Notes: generated by a model from the sequence alone, not told the origin. Positions 20,350 through 29,264 are shown, numbered from the stretch's first letter. The stretch is 64,000 nt of DNA from Vulcanimicrobiota bacterium (GCA_963812135.1 CAWETU010000001.1:640001-704000); one strand, 5' to 3'. Translations and numbers: made by a program.

Positions 20350-20418
20350 CTAGAGCGTCAAGTGACCGCTGACCAACAATAGGATCAGCACCAGAACGAC
20401 GATGATGAGCGTCGTCAT
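20350..20418 (-). CDS. 22-aa hydrophobic GHLxL micropeptide (MTTLIIVVLVLILLLVSGHLTL)
   Basis: Manual translation; GGGAG RBS; homologous to three other sORFs in the window. Confidence 0.8.
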   Translation of the reverse strand: MTTLIIVVLVLILLLVSGHLTL

Positions 20419-20461
20419 GTCAGATCACTCCCTTCCAATGTAGCAGCGCAATGCGAACGGT

Positions 20462-20533
20462 TTAGAGGTGCAGATGGCCTGCGACCGCCAGCAGTATGAG
20501 CACCAGTAAGATGATGATCACCGCTGTACTCAT
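20462..20533 (-). CDS. 23-aa hydrophobic GHLxL micropeptide (MSTAVIIILLVLILLAVAGHLHL)
   Basis: Manual translation; AAAGG/AAGG RBS-like; paralog family. Confidence 0.8.
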   Translation of the reverse strand: MSTAVIIILLVLILLAVAGHLHL

Positions 20534-20589
20534 GGGACCTTGCCTTTCAGAACCGAACGGATAGATGGTCTGGACTTAGCCGTTCCCTA

Positions 20590-20604
20590 TCGAACATATG
20601 TTTC
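20590..20604. promoter_or_regulatory. Candidate LexA (GAAC-N4-GTTC type) box
   Basis: TCGAAC-ATAT-GTTTC between the divergent peptide pair and comEC. Confidence 0.55.
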
Positions 20605-20661
20605 CTTTGGCGCTTGAGACCCGCTGCTTGACGCCGCAAGCGGTCGCGTGATGCAGTCTAG

Positions 20662-23082
20662 GTGGTGCAGTCGCTCGACGTCCACGCGCGCGCGCATGTG
20701 CTCGCGATCGCGTTCACGTCGTACTCGCTTGGCGTTCTGGTCGTCACGGGCAATTGCTCGTTTTGGCTGCTCGGCGCGCTCGTCGCCGTTGCGCTTGCCT
20801 GTCCAGTAAGTCGCCGGATCATCGCGATCGCGCTCGCGTGCGTCACGGCGGGCGCGGTCGCCGGCCATCTCGCCGTCCTTGCTCGCGCGCGATCGGATCT
20901 TGGCGCGGTGGACGGCCACCACGTCACCTGTGTCGTCGAGACGGTCGAGCGGCCGCATCCGTCGGCCAACGGCGTTTCGGTTCGCGCGCGAATCGTGGAC
21001 GTCACGTCCGCCGGGCGCGATGAAGCCCGTTTGTTGCGAGATCGTGTGGCGCTGCTTGAATTGCCGGCTGACGCCGCCGCGGGGAGCGACCTCGCCGGCG
21101 AACGGCTGCGCATACGCGCTCGAATCGACGCACCCGCCGGCGTCCGCAACGAGGGTGAGCCGGCGGAGCGCGATCAGCTCGCGGACCAAGGCGTATCGGT
21201 CATTCTGGACGTTCATCGGGCGCGCGACACGCAATTGCTGGGAAGCGCCGGCGGATGGAGCGCGTGGTGGGCCAGGACGCGCAGCCGATTTTCAGACGCG
21301 GTCGAGTCGCGGCTTCCGCCGCTGCCGGCGACGGTGCTCGAAGGCGTGCTGTGGGGCGACCGCGGCAATCTGCCCGCGGCTCTGCGCCAAGAATTCGCCG
21401 ACACGGGCACGGTACACGTGTTGACGACGGCCGGCTTACATCTTGGCATCATGGCCGCACTGGTCGCCGCGCTTCTCATGCAGACGCCGATGCCGCGGAC
21501 TGCGCGAGCCATTGTCGTCGTCGCCGCCGCCTGGGCGTACGCGGCACTCGCCGGGCTGCATCTGCCGACGCTGCGCGCGGCGACCATGCTCACGGTCGGC
21601 GTCATCGCGTTTGAGAGCGGCCGGGCGCGCACCGCTTCAGCGGTGTTGGCGGCGGCGGCTTTGGCGGTCACTTTGCCCCACCCGCTCGTCTTGCTGTCGG
21701 CTTCCTTTTCTATGTCGTTTGCGTGCGTCGGCGGGATCGCGCTGCTGAGTCCGGCGCTCGCGGCGCTCGGGGTACGCGAGGGTTTGTGGGGTCCGCGTTG
21801 GTCGGCCGAGCTCATCCGGACCGGAGTGTCCGTGCAGCTCGGGCTCGCACCGCTGCAGGCGCTGTACTTCAACGCGTTCACGCCATACGCGGTTGCCGCA
21901 AATCTGGTCGTCGTGCCCATGGTCGGGTTCGTGATGGCCGCGGGCACGGCGTATGCTGCTGTGGCGATGCTCGCGCCGGGGCTCGCGTGGCCGTTCTCCA
22001 ATATCACGTGGTGGGCTTTGACGTTTATGATCGGCGCGGTCGAGCGGTTCGCGTCGTTGCCGGGCGCGCACGTCGACATCCCGCCGCCAACGCATGCGTT
22101 CATCGTGCTGTATTGGATCGCGCTCGCGGCCCTCGCGTGGGCGGCGCACAGGCAGGTACGTGCGGACCGCATCTTTGTAGGCAGCGCCGCGGCAATCGTC
22201 GTGCTTGCAACGGTCTACTGCGTGCCCGGCATCGAGGCCGCGCTCGACCGCCGCTTGCACCTCGATGCGATCGACGTCGGCCAAGCCGACTGCCTGCTCG
22301 TGCGCGCTCCCGGCATGCATGCGATGCTTGTGGACGGCGGTGGCAAACTCGAACGCTCCGGCGGTGGTGTCGTGGCGCAGCCGATCGGCGATCGGATCGC
22401 GACGCGCACGGTCATGCCGTTCTTGCTGCGTCACTGGGTGCTCCACTTGGACGCCGTGGTGCTCACCCATCCACACGGCGATCACGCCGGCGGGCTGCCG
22501 GTCATCCTGTCGCGAGAACGGGTGGACGCGCTCTACGACTCCGCGCAACTTTACGGCGGTCCTGCCTATCAGCGCGCGCTCGACGTCGTGCGCGCGCGCC
22601 ACATCGCATGGCGCCGTGCGGTGCGCGGCAAGTCGTTTGATCTCAGCCCGCAAACTCACGTGCGCATCCTGGCCCCCGAACTGCCACTCATCACCGGAAC
22701 ATCCTCGGATATCAACAACAACTCGGTGGTGCTGCGCGTCGAGTTCGGCGCAACCGCGCTGCTGCTCACTGGCGACGCGCAATCCGAAGCGGAGGCCCGA
22801 TTGCTTGGACATGGCGGCGCTGATCTGCGCGCCGATGTCCTCAAGGTCGGACATCACGGCTCCGCCTATTCGAGCACGCCGGAATTCCTCGCCGCCGTTC
22901 GCCCGAGAGCCGCGATCATCTCATGCGGCAGGCACAACGTGTTCGGCCACCCAAGCCCGCAGACGCTGGACGCACTTCGAAACGCGGGTGCGACGATATA
23001 TCGCACGGACAGAGACGGCGGCATTTCGATCGACACCGACGGCGCGATCATCCAGGCGTCGACGTCCGCGCCAACGCACTAA
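20662..23082 (+). CDS. comEC: DNA internalization competence protein ComEC/Rec2
   Basis: GTVHVLTTAGLH, SASFSMSF, DVGQAD, LTHPHGDHAGG, NNNSVV, LLTGD, LKVGHHGS, FGHP, RTD.DG. Confidence 0.95.
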   Translation: MVQSLDVHARAHVLAIAFTSYSLGVLVVTGNCSFWLLGALVAVALACPVSRRIIAIALACVTAGAVAGHLAVLARARSDLGAVDGHHVTCVVETVERPHPSANGVSVRARIVDVTSAGRDEARLLRDRVALLELPADAAAGSDLAGERLRIRARIDAPAGVRNEGEPAERDQLADQGVSVILDVHRARDTQLLGSAGGWSAWWARTRSRFSDAVESRLPPLPATVLEGVLWGDRGNLPAALRQEFADTGTVHVLTTAGLHLGIMAALVAALLMQTPMPRTARAIVVVAAAWAYAALAGLHLPTLRAATMLTVGVIAFESGRARTASAVLAAAALAVTLPHPLVLLSASFSMSFACVGGIALLSPALAALGVREGLWGPRWSAELIRTGVSVQLGLAPLQALYFNAFTPYAVAANLVVVPMVGFVMAAGTAYAAVAMLAPGLAWPFSNITWWALTFMIGAVERFASLPGAHVDIPPPTHAFIVLYWIALAALAWAAHRQVRADRIFVGSAAAIVVLATVYCVPGIEAALDRRLHLDAIDVGQADCLLVRAPGMHAMLVDGGGKLERSGGGVVAQPIGDRIATRTVMPFLLRHWVLHLDAVVLTHPHGDHAGGLPVILSRERVDALYDSAQLYGGPAYQRALDVVRARHIAWRRAVRGKSFDLSPQTHVRILAPELPLITGTSSDINNNSVVLRVEFGATALLLTGDAQSEAEARLLGHGGADLRADVLKVGHHGSAYSSTPEFLAAVRPRAAIISCGRHNVFGHPSPQTLDALRNAGATIYRTDRDGGISIDTDGAIIQASTSAPTH

Positions 23083-23101
23083 GAAGAAGGATCGTGGGAG
23101 C

Positions 23102-24244
23102 GTGCCGACACGCATCGTGGTGTTGGGTGCCGGTTTCGGCGGACTCGAGCTGACGACGATCCTTTCCGACGCACTCGGCGACGCGCTCGACCTCGTGCTC
23201 ATCGACAAAAGCGACGCGTTCGTCTTCGGGTTTTCAAAGCTGGACCTGATGTTCGGACGCTCCGGACTCGCACAGGTGCGTCACCCATACCGCGGCGTCG
23301 TCAAACCGGGTGTGCGCTTCGTCCAGTCGACGGTGCGCTCAATCGACGCGTCCGCGCGGCGCGTGAAAACCGATGCGGGCACGTTCGACGCCGACGTTCT
23401 CGTGGTGGCTCTCGGTGCGGACTACGACGTGGCGGCGACGCCCGGGCTCTCCCAAGGCGGCAACGAGTTCTACTCGGTCGCTGGAGCGGACGCGTTACGC
23501 GAAGTGCTGCCGCGATTCGAACGCGGCGCGGCGATCATCGGCGTGACCTCGACGCCATTCAAGTGTCCACCGGCGCCGAGCGAGGCGGCGTTTCTGCTGC
23601 ATGACTACCTCACCGCGCTCGGCCGGCGCTCGGCCACGGAGATCTCGGTGGTGATCCCGTTCGGCAGGCCCGTGCCGCCCTCACCCGATACCTCAAAGGC
23701 GATTCTCGAAGGGTTCAAGGAGCGCGGCATCCGATGGGTCCCCGAGCGCGAAGTTCGCGCTCTCGATGCGGGTCGCAAAGTTGCGGTGCTTGATGACGGA
23801 ACCGAAATGCCGTACGACTTATTCCTCGGCGTGCCCGTCCACCGAGTGCCTGCGGTGGTCGAGGAATCCGGGCTTGCCGTCGACGGCTGGGTACCGGTGA
23901 ATCCGAGAACGCTCGAGACGAAATTCCCGGGCGTCTACGCGGTCGGCGATGTCGCGCTCGTCGGCACGCCGAAGGCGGGCGTCTTCTCCGAACGGCAGGC
24001 TCGGGTGGTGGCGGCCGAAATCCTCGCGCGGGTGCGCGGCGGACCTTCGCCGGCACACTATGACGGCACAGGTGCCTGCTACATCGAGTTCGGAAAGGGC
24101 GTCGTCGGTCGCGTCGTCGTCGATTTTTTCAGTGGCCCCGAACCAACCGGCACGTTCGAGGAGCCATCCGCAGCTCTCTCCGCCGACAAGACGGAGTTCG
24201 GCACGAGCCGGGTTGCGCGCTGGTTCTCGGGAGGTACAACGTAG
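23102..24244 (+). CDS. FAD/NAD(P)-dependent oxidoreductase, sulfide:quinone reductase-like
   Basis: VLGAGFGG, VALGA, FKCPPAPSE, VYAVGD, PKAGVF, GACYIEFG. Confidence 0.85.
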   Translation: MPTRIVVLGAGFGGLELTTILSDALGDALDLVLIDKSDAFVFGFSKLDLMFGRSGLAQVRHPYRGVVKPGVRFVQSTVRSIDASARRVKTDAGTFDADVLVVALGADYDVAATPGLSQGGNEFYSVAGADALREVLPRFERGAAIIGVTSTPFKCPPAPSEAAFLLHDYLTALGRRSATEISVVIPFGRPVPPSPDTSKAILEGFKERGIRWVPEREVRALDAGRKVAVLDDGTEMPYDLFLGVPVHRVPAVVEESGLAVDGWVPVNPRTLETKFPGVYAVGDVALVGTPKAGVFSERQARVVAAEILARVRGGPSPAHYDGTGACYIEFGKGVVGRVVVDFFSGPEPTGTFEEPSAALSADKTEFGTSRVARWFSGGTT

Positions 24245-24493
24245 ATGCGCTATCTCGGCCTGCTCCTGACCGCGCTGATCATCTGCGTGCTCGCGGTCAT
24301 CGCCTTCCGCTCGATGGGCCTCGCTCCCGGTGGCGACCAGAAGAACGCTGATTGGTATTATGCTCACCCGACCGAGCGCGCGGATCAGCTCAAGTGGTGC
24401 AACGCAAATCCGCAGCAACAAAACGGCGAGATCTGCCAAGCCGCAGTCGCCGCGCAGACGCGCGTCGACGTAGAGGCAGGCGCTCACAAATAA
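24245..24493 (+). CDS. Small exported protein resembling the EexN family
   Basis: N-terminal TM; WYYAHPTER..QLKWCNANP...EICQAA two-Cys pattern; GGAGG RBS. Confidence 0.6.
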   Translation: MRYLGLLLTALIICVLAVIAFRSMGLAPGGDQKNADWYYAHPTERADQLKWCNANPQQQNGEICQAAVAAQTRVDVEAGAHK

Positions 24494-24534
24494 AAAATCG
24501 GCCGCTCGCCGACGATGCCGATGAGCGGCCGATT
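24492..24534 (-). terminator. Intrinsic terminator between convergent genes
   Basis: AATCGGCCGCTC...GAGCGGCCGATT stem followed by a U-tract on the minus strand. Confidence 0.7.
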
Positions 24535-24554
24535 GGTATTGGTTCAGTCCTATC

Positions 24555-24623
24555 CTAGAGCTTGAGGTGTCCCGTGACCGCCAGCAGGATCAGGACGAGC
24601 ATCACGATGAGGAAAGCTTCCAC
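24555..24623 (-). CDS. 22-aa hydrophobic GHLxL micropeptide (MEAFLIVMLVLILLAVTGHLKL)
   Basis: GTG start with GGGAGG RBS; paralog family. Confidence 0.85.
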   Translation of the reverse strand: MEAFLIVMLVLILLAVTGHLKL

Positions 24624-24663
24624 TGGTCTACCTCCCGGCGAACGATCAATCGCCGGTATTCAT

Positions 24664-24690
24664 ATACCCGAAAAGGGCCACCGCCTAACT
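24664..24690 (-). promoter_or_regulatory. SigB/SigF-like promoter
   Basis: AGTTA-N16-GGGTAT upstream of the peptide starting at 24623. Confidence 0.5.
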
Positions 24691-24691
24691 C

Positions 24692-24763
24692 TCAGAGTTT
24701 GAGGTGACCAGTAACGGCCAATAGGATGAGGACGAGCAACACGATGATCACGGCAGTTTCCAT
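24692..24763 (-). CDS. 23-aa hydrophobic GHLxL micropeptide (METAVIIVLLVLILLAVTGHLKL)
   Basis: ATG with GAGGAGG RBS; paralog family. Confidence 0.85.
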   Translation of the reverse strand: METAVIIVLLVLILLAVTGHLKL

Positions 24764-24792
24764 GGGTGCGTGACCTCCTCTAACTTCGTATT

Positions 24793-24819
24793 ATACCCGT
24801 TCTTACCGCGCCTCAAACC
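24793..24819 (-). promoter_or_regulatory. SigB/SigF-like promoter
   Basis: GGTTT-N16-GGGTAT upstream of the peptide starting at 24763. Confidence 0.6.
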
Positions 24820-25673
24820 GATCTTTGCTGCAGCATTTCCAGCGTCGTCTCCCACATGCGTTTGCGCAGGATGGCATCGAGCACCAGCGGATTGGTCGAA
24901 GCAGGCAAGCACTCGCGGAAGTATTCGCCGGTGACCCCGGCGACCTCTGGTGACGCAGCGCAATAGATCGACGTCTGCGCGCCGTGCTCGGGTGAGATGC
25001 CGAACGGTTTCATGAACGTCCAACCGAACTGGACGAGTCCGCCTACGTCGCCGAAGTCGGTCGCCACCATACCCGGGTGCAACGCGTTCACGGTGACGGT
25101 CGCAGGGTCGACGCGTTGCGCGAGCTCCACGCTGAACAGCATATTGGCGAGTTTCGACTGCCCGTATGCATTGGGCGGAAACGAGTGTCGTTCGCCGTTA
25201 AGGTCGCCAAAGTCCAATCGCGCCGACTGGTGGGAGTCGGAGTTGACGTTGACGATGCGCGCCGGAGCGTTCGCGCGCAACATTTCGAGCATCGACGTGC
25301 TCAATACGAACGGCGCCAGGTGATTCACCGCGAACGTCAGCTCGAAGCCCTCGGGGGTCATCGTCCGGTGCGACGTGATGACGCCCGCGTTGTTGACCAG
25401 CACGCGCAGATCCGGAAAACCGCGCGCAAGGTCGATAGCGAGCCGGCGGACATCGGTCATCAGCGAAAGATCGGCGAGGAGAAGCTCCGTCGCCGCCTGC
25501 GGTACCTCACGCGCGATCAACGTGCGGGCGGCTTCGCCGCGCTCGCGGTTCCGACACACGAGGACCACGTGCGCTCCGCGGCGCGCGAGTCCGAGCGCCG
25601 TGTGCAAACCGATGCCGCTGTTCGCGCCCGTGACCGCGACGGTAACGCCGCGCACATCTGCCGTCGAGTCCAT
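24813..25673 (-). CDS. SDR family oxidoreductase (retinol dehydrogenase-like)
   Basis: TGANSGIG, NNAG, FAVNHL, YGQSKLAN, LHPG. Confidence 0.92.
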   Translation of the reverse strand: MDSTADVRGVTVAVTGANSGIGLHTALGLARRGAHVVLVCRNRERGEAARTLIAREVPQAATELLLADLSLMTDVRRLAIDLARGFPDLRVLVNNAGVITSHRTMTPEGFELTFAVNHLAPFVLSTSMLEMLRANAPARIVNVNSDSHQSARLDFGDLNGERHSFPPNAYGQSKLANMLFSVELAQRVDPATVTVNALHPGMVATDFGDVGGLVQFGWTFMKPFGISPEHGAQTSIYCAASPEVAGVTGEYFRECLPASTNPLVLDAILRKRMWETTLEMLQQRSV

Positions 25674-25757
25674 GCGCGTGGGCTTGGGCCGAAGGCCGCT
25701 TGCGTCCTTGAGCACGCGAGCGGAGGGGCCTCGAGTCCTACCGAAGCTGGGCGCTCC

Positions 25758-26504
25758 ATGAATACGCAGGACCGCACACCACCCGACTACATCCGCGTCG
25801 TACCGCTTCGGGAGCAAGTCGCAAAGCTCGCGGCTGCCGCCAAACTGACGTATCGCGGCGGACCGCTGCTGAGCGCCGTCGAGGTGACGACGATCTTTTG
25901 GGGCGCGTGGTGGAAGACAGCGCCGCAGAGCGCGCTCGTCACCCGCCTCAACACGTTCTTCGACGACATCTTGGTGAGCGCGCTCATCGATCAATTGAAG
26001 GAATACGGCGTGACCGGCACGCCGATCGGCCACGGCAAGCGCGTCGCAACGCTGACCGTCGATCAAGCGCCGTCCGCGACGGTCGACGACACCGCGATCA
26101 CGGCGTTCTTGCAGGGCCTTTTGAAAGCCGGTTCGGTTCCCGCCGCCGGCAAGAATTCGCTGTACTTCATCTACTTGCCGTCGGGCGTGACGGTGACGGC
26201 AAGCGGCCAGGCGTCATGCCAGGCGTTTTGCGGATACCACGACGCGACCGGCGGCACCACGTACTATGCGGTCGAGCCCTATCCCGACTGTCAGGGCTGT
26301 CTCGGCGGCCTCAGCGTGTTCGATGCGCTGACCGAGACATCGTCGCACGAGCTGTGCGAAGCGATCACTGATCCCGCGCCGGGCCAAGGATGGTACGACG
26401 ACGCGAACGGCGAGATCGGCGACATCTGCGCCTGGCAGACCAAGACGGTCGGCGCGTACACCGTGCAGATGGAATGGTCGAATAACGCCGGCGCCTGCCG
26501 CTGA
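25758..26504 (+). CDS. Phi-1/EXORDIUM-like hypothetical protein
   Basis: LTYRGGPLL, IFWG, FCGYH, SHELCEAITDP, GWYD...EIGDIC. Confidence 0.65.
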   Translation: MNTQDRTPPDYIRVVPLREQVAKLAAAAKLTYRGGPLLSAVEVTTIFWGAWWKTAPQSALVTRLNTFFDDILVSALIDQLKEYGVTGTPIGHGKRVATLTVDQAPSATVDDTAITAFLQGLLKAGSVPAAGKNSLYFIYLPSGVTVTASGQASCQAFCGYHDATGGTTYYAVEPYPDCQGCLGGLSVFDALTETSSHELCEAITDPAPGQGWYDDANGEIGDICAWQTKTVGAYTVQMEWSNNAGACR

Positions 26505-26506
26505 CC

Positions 26507-27019
26507 GTGGCCCCGTACGTCATGCGACCGATCGAGGCGCGTGACGCGCAGTTCATCATCGACCTGCACGCTGCGCCGCACGTGCGCGAAGTGCTGGTCG
26601 GCCCCACGTTCGAACAAGTCGAGCGAGGCATCGCCGCCGCTCCGGCCGATCAATGGATCGTGCTCGAAGGCGATGATCGAGTGGGCATGATCATGTACGC
26701 GCGCCTCGAGCCCTGGCTATTCGAGATCAGACGGATGATCGCGCTGCACCAGAGCCGCGGCATCGGCGCATTCGCGCTCTCGTTCGCGCTGGACGACATC
26801 TTCGAGACCCACCGGGCGCACCGCGCCTATCTCGAGGTGCACGCGAAGAACATGCGCGCGCGGGCGCTCTATCAGCGCTTTGGGTTCCGATACGAGGGCG
26901 CGTATCGAGATGGCGCGGTGAATCCGCTCACCGGCGCGTACGAGGATCTTTGCATCTACGGCTTGCTCGAAGATTCGTTCAGAGCCAAAAAAGCGACGCG
27001 ACACCGACCGCGGCGATGA
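26507..27019 (+). CDS. GNAT (RimJ/RimL-like) N-acetyltransferase
   Basis: RGIG, LEVHAKN.RARALYQRFGF..EG. Confidence 0.88.
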   Translation: MAPYVMRPIEARDAQFIIDLHAAPHVREVLVGPTFEQVERGIAAAPADQWIVLEGDDRVGMIMYARLEPWLFEIRRMIALHQSRGIGAFALSFALDDIFETHRAHRAYLEVHAKNMRARALYQRFGFRYEGAYRDGAVNPLTGAYEDLCIYGLLEDSFRAKKATRHRPRR

Positions 27020-27033
27020 AGCCGCCGCAACAT

Positions 27034-27648
27034 CTAGACGGGCGTCAGGAAGTTCTCCGTCTTGAACTTATCGGCGAGGAAGCGGCCGTTCGCGACGAGC
27101 GCCTGGCTGTCGTTGCTCAGATAGTTGTTGACGATCTCTTTCCTCTTGGCCTCGCGCAGCGTCAACTGCTCGACGAGCAGCGCTGTCGCGCTCTTGCCGT
27201 CTTGCACCGGGTACAGGCTACGGAACGCCGGTGGCAGTTTCAAATAGTTGTTGAGCGTTTCCGGCAAATACTCGAGCGCCGTCTGGCGGATGGTATAGGT
27301 GTTCTGATCGGCGGTGTTGTCTTTCGCCAGCGTCGGCAAGATCGCGATGATCGACTGCGAGATGCTCTGGACGAGCGTCGACACCTCGGCCGGTACGCGT
27401 CCTTTGATCGACTGGGCCAGCGAGTCGAGCGCAGCCTGCACCTCGGCGGAGTTCATCTGCGCGCTGATGCTGGTCTCGAGCTCCTTGCTCGACGGCGTCG
27501 CCAGATAGCCGATGCCGTACGAGCCGAGCACGCTCGCCAACCAGAACGCGTGGATCACGCCGCCAAAAAACAGGCCGAGCGCGCCGAGCGCTGCCAGCGA
27601 GCCGACGATGTTCTTGTTCCCGTACAGGAACAGCATAAAGCGTTCCAT
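27034..27648 (-). CDS. Membrane protein of TelA operon (XpaC-like)
   Basis: Two N-terminal TMs; YLPETLNNYLKLP; NGRFL..KF. Confidence 0.7.
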   Translation of the reverse strand: MERFMLFLYGNKNIVGSLAALGALGLFFGGVIHAFWLASVLGSYGIGYLATPSSKELETSISAQMNSAEVQAALDSLAQSIKGRVPAEVSTLVQSISQSIIAILPTLAKDNTADQNTYTIRQTALEYLPETLNNYLKLPPAFRSLYPVQDGKSATALLVEQLTLREAKRKEIVNNYLSNDSQALVANGRFLADKFKTENFLTPV

Positions 27649-27650
27649 GC

Positions 27651-29264
27651 TTATTGGTAGCCGCGGATCTCCTTGAACACGGCGCTCAGCGGCGCGCTCT
27701 TGCCGTCGAAGACGCGGCCGCCGGTCAGCGCGGCCAGTTCGTTCAACTGCTCGCTCGACCCCTCGCCGAAGAGGATGGGGAACACCTTGATGGCCTGCTC
27801 CTCCGGCGGCAGCGCTTCATACTTGCGCTTGAACGCCTCGAAGTCGTCGCCTACGTTGTTCTCGCCATCGGTCATGAGCACGATCGAATAATACCTAGGG
27901 CCTTCGCTGCCGCGCGACGCCTGTGCCAGCGCTTGCGCGCGCTCGATCGCGTCGAAGATCGCGGTCGATCCGCCCGCGCGCATGTCATCCGCGAATTGCT
28001 TCACGGCGCCAAGCGTCTTGGTGTCGTTGTCGCTGGCCATCTCGAACGTGACCGGCGGCGCGAGCATCCCTATTAAACGTGATCAGTGTGATCTTCTCGC
28101 GGTTCTGAAAACGCGCGAAGCGGCCGGTCAACGACGGATCCTGCCCGGCCAGCGTGTACAGCGCGCGACGCAAACCGTCGCTGCGCTCCCCTTCCATCGA
28201 GCCGCTCACGTCGAGCACGAAAAACGAGTGGGCCGGCACCCGGTTGACGTTGAGGTAACGCAGCACGATAGCGTTCACGGTGGCCAGGCGCTTGGGAACG
28301 GCAGTTCGACGATCAACGCCTTCGGAAACACGCTGCTCAGTGCGACGTCGGGATTCACCGGCCGCCGGAACGTGTTGTCCATGATCGTCTTCTGGAATTC
28401 CGGGCTCTTGAGGTAGGTCACCACTTTGTCATACGCGGCGCGCTTGTCCGCATTGAGCAACACGAGCGGGTAATCGGCGGTGATGATGCCTTCCTTCGGA
28501 TAGATCAACGCAAGGGGCTCTTTGAGCTGACCGCTGCGATTGAGGGTGATGAGGTTCGCCTCGTAGTTGACCAACCCGTCGAGCCTGTCCTGATCGCGCA
28601 CGTACGCGTCGATGAGCCAACCCGAGCTGCCAGATGTCAACTTCTGCCCTTTGAAGAAGTTGTTGAGCTTGGCCATGTCGACGTCGCTGACTTTGAGGAC
28701 GTCGGACGTGCCGGCAAGCGCAGACGCGACACCGATGACCGCGGAGAATCCGCTGTTCGAGCTGGCCGGATTCGTCATCGCGTAGGTGAACTCGCCGGCG
28801 CCGGCCTTGTCGGCGATGTCTTTCCACGTGACGTTCGGGTTGTTGAGCCACCCAAGCGCCTTGGCTTTGCTCTCTTTCACGCCGATGATCACCGGCGAGA
28901 GCATGATCTTGTCTTGAGCCTTGATGCGGTGCGCCGTATCGCTCATGACGAGGTACTTGGCTTGCGAGAACCATGCCGCGTCGAAGTTCTCGCCGGCGTT
29001 GATGCGGTCGATGCCGGCGAACGTGCCGCTGTACTGCAGCGCGAGCGTCACGCCCGTTTTGTCCTTGATCTGGCCGAGATACGGCTCGAGGTCCTTGAGC
29101 TCCGATCCCGCGATGACGACGAGCGTGTCGGGCGAGCTCGCGTTGACCGGCCCCTGCACGCCCGAGTTGTTCGCGGAGCTGCAGCCGGCGAGGGCGAAGA
29201 GCAGCGCCGCGCCGACAGCGGCGAACGATTTGTTCACGGTGAGGCGCCTCCGCGCAGCGGTCAT
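27651..29264 (-). CDS. Lipoprotein with substrate-binding domain plus vWA domain, frameshifts near 28290 and 28070
   Basis: LAGC lipobox; AGSELKD, MTNPASSNSG, ADYPL; MIDAS VLDVSGSM, TAIFD, LMTDGENN. Confidence 0.85.

Noticed and set aside
22205..23101. N-terminal extensions in the ORF track (679-aa ORF here; similarly leuS, hemC, rex, UbiD, SDR, ArnT-like)
   Set aside because: The extensions overlap other genes and lack motifs; starts were reassigned using RBS and family motifs
20350..24763. Peptide pairs as terminal repeats of a mobile element carrying comEC
   Set aside because: Similarity is at the protein level with many synonymous changes; no recombinase or target-site duplication
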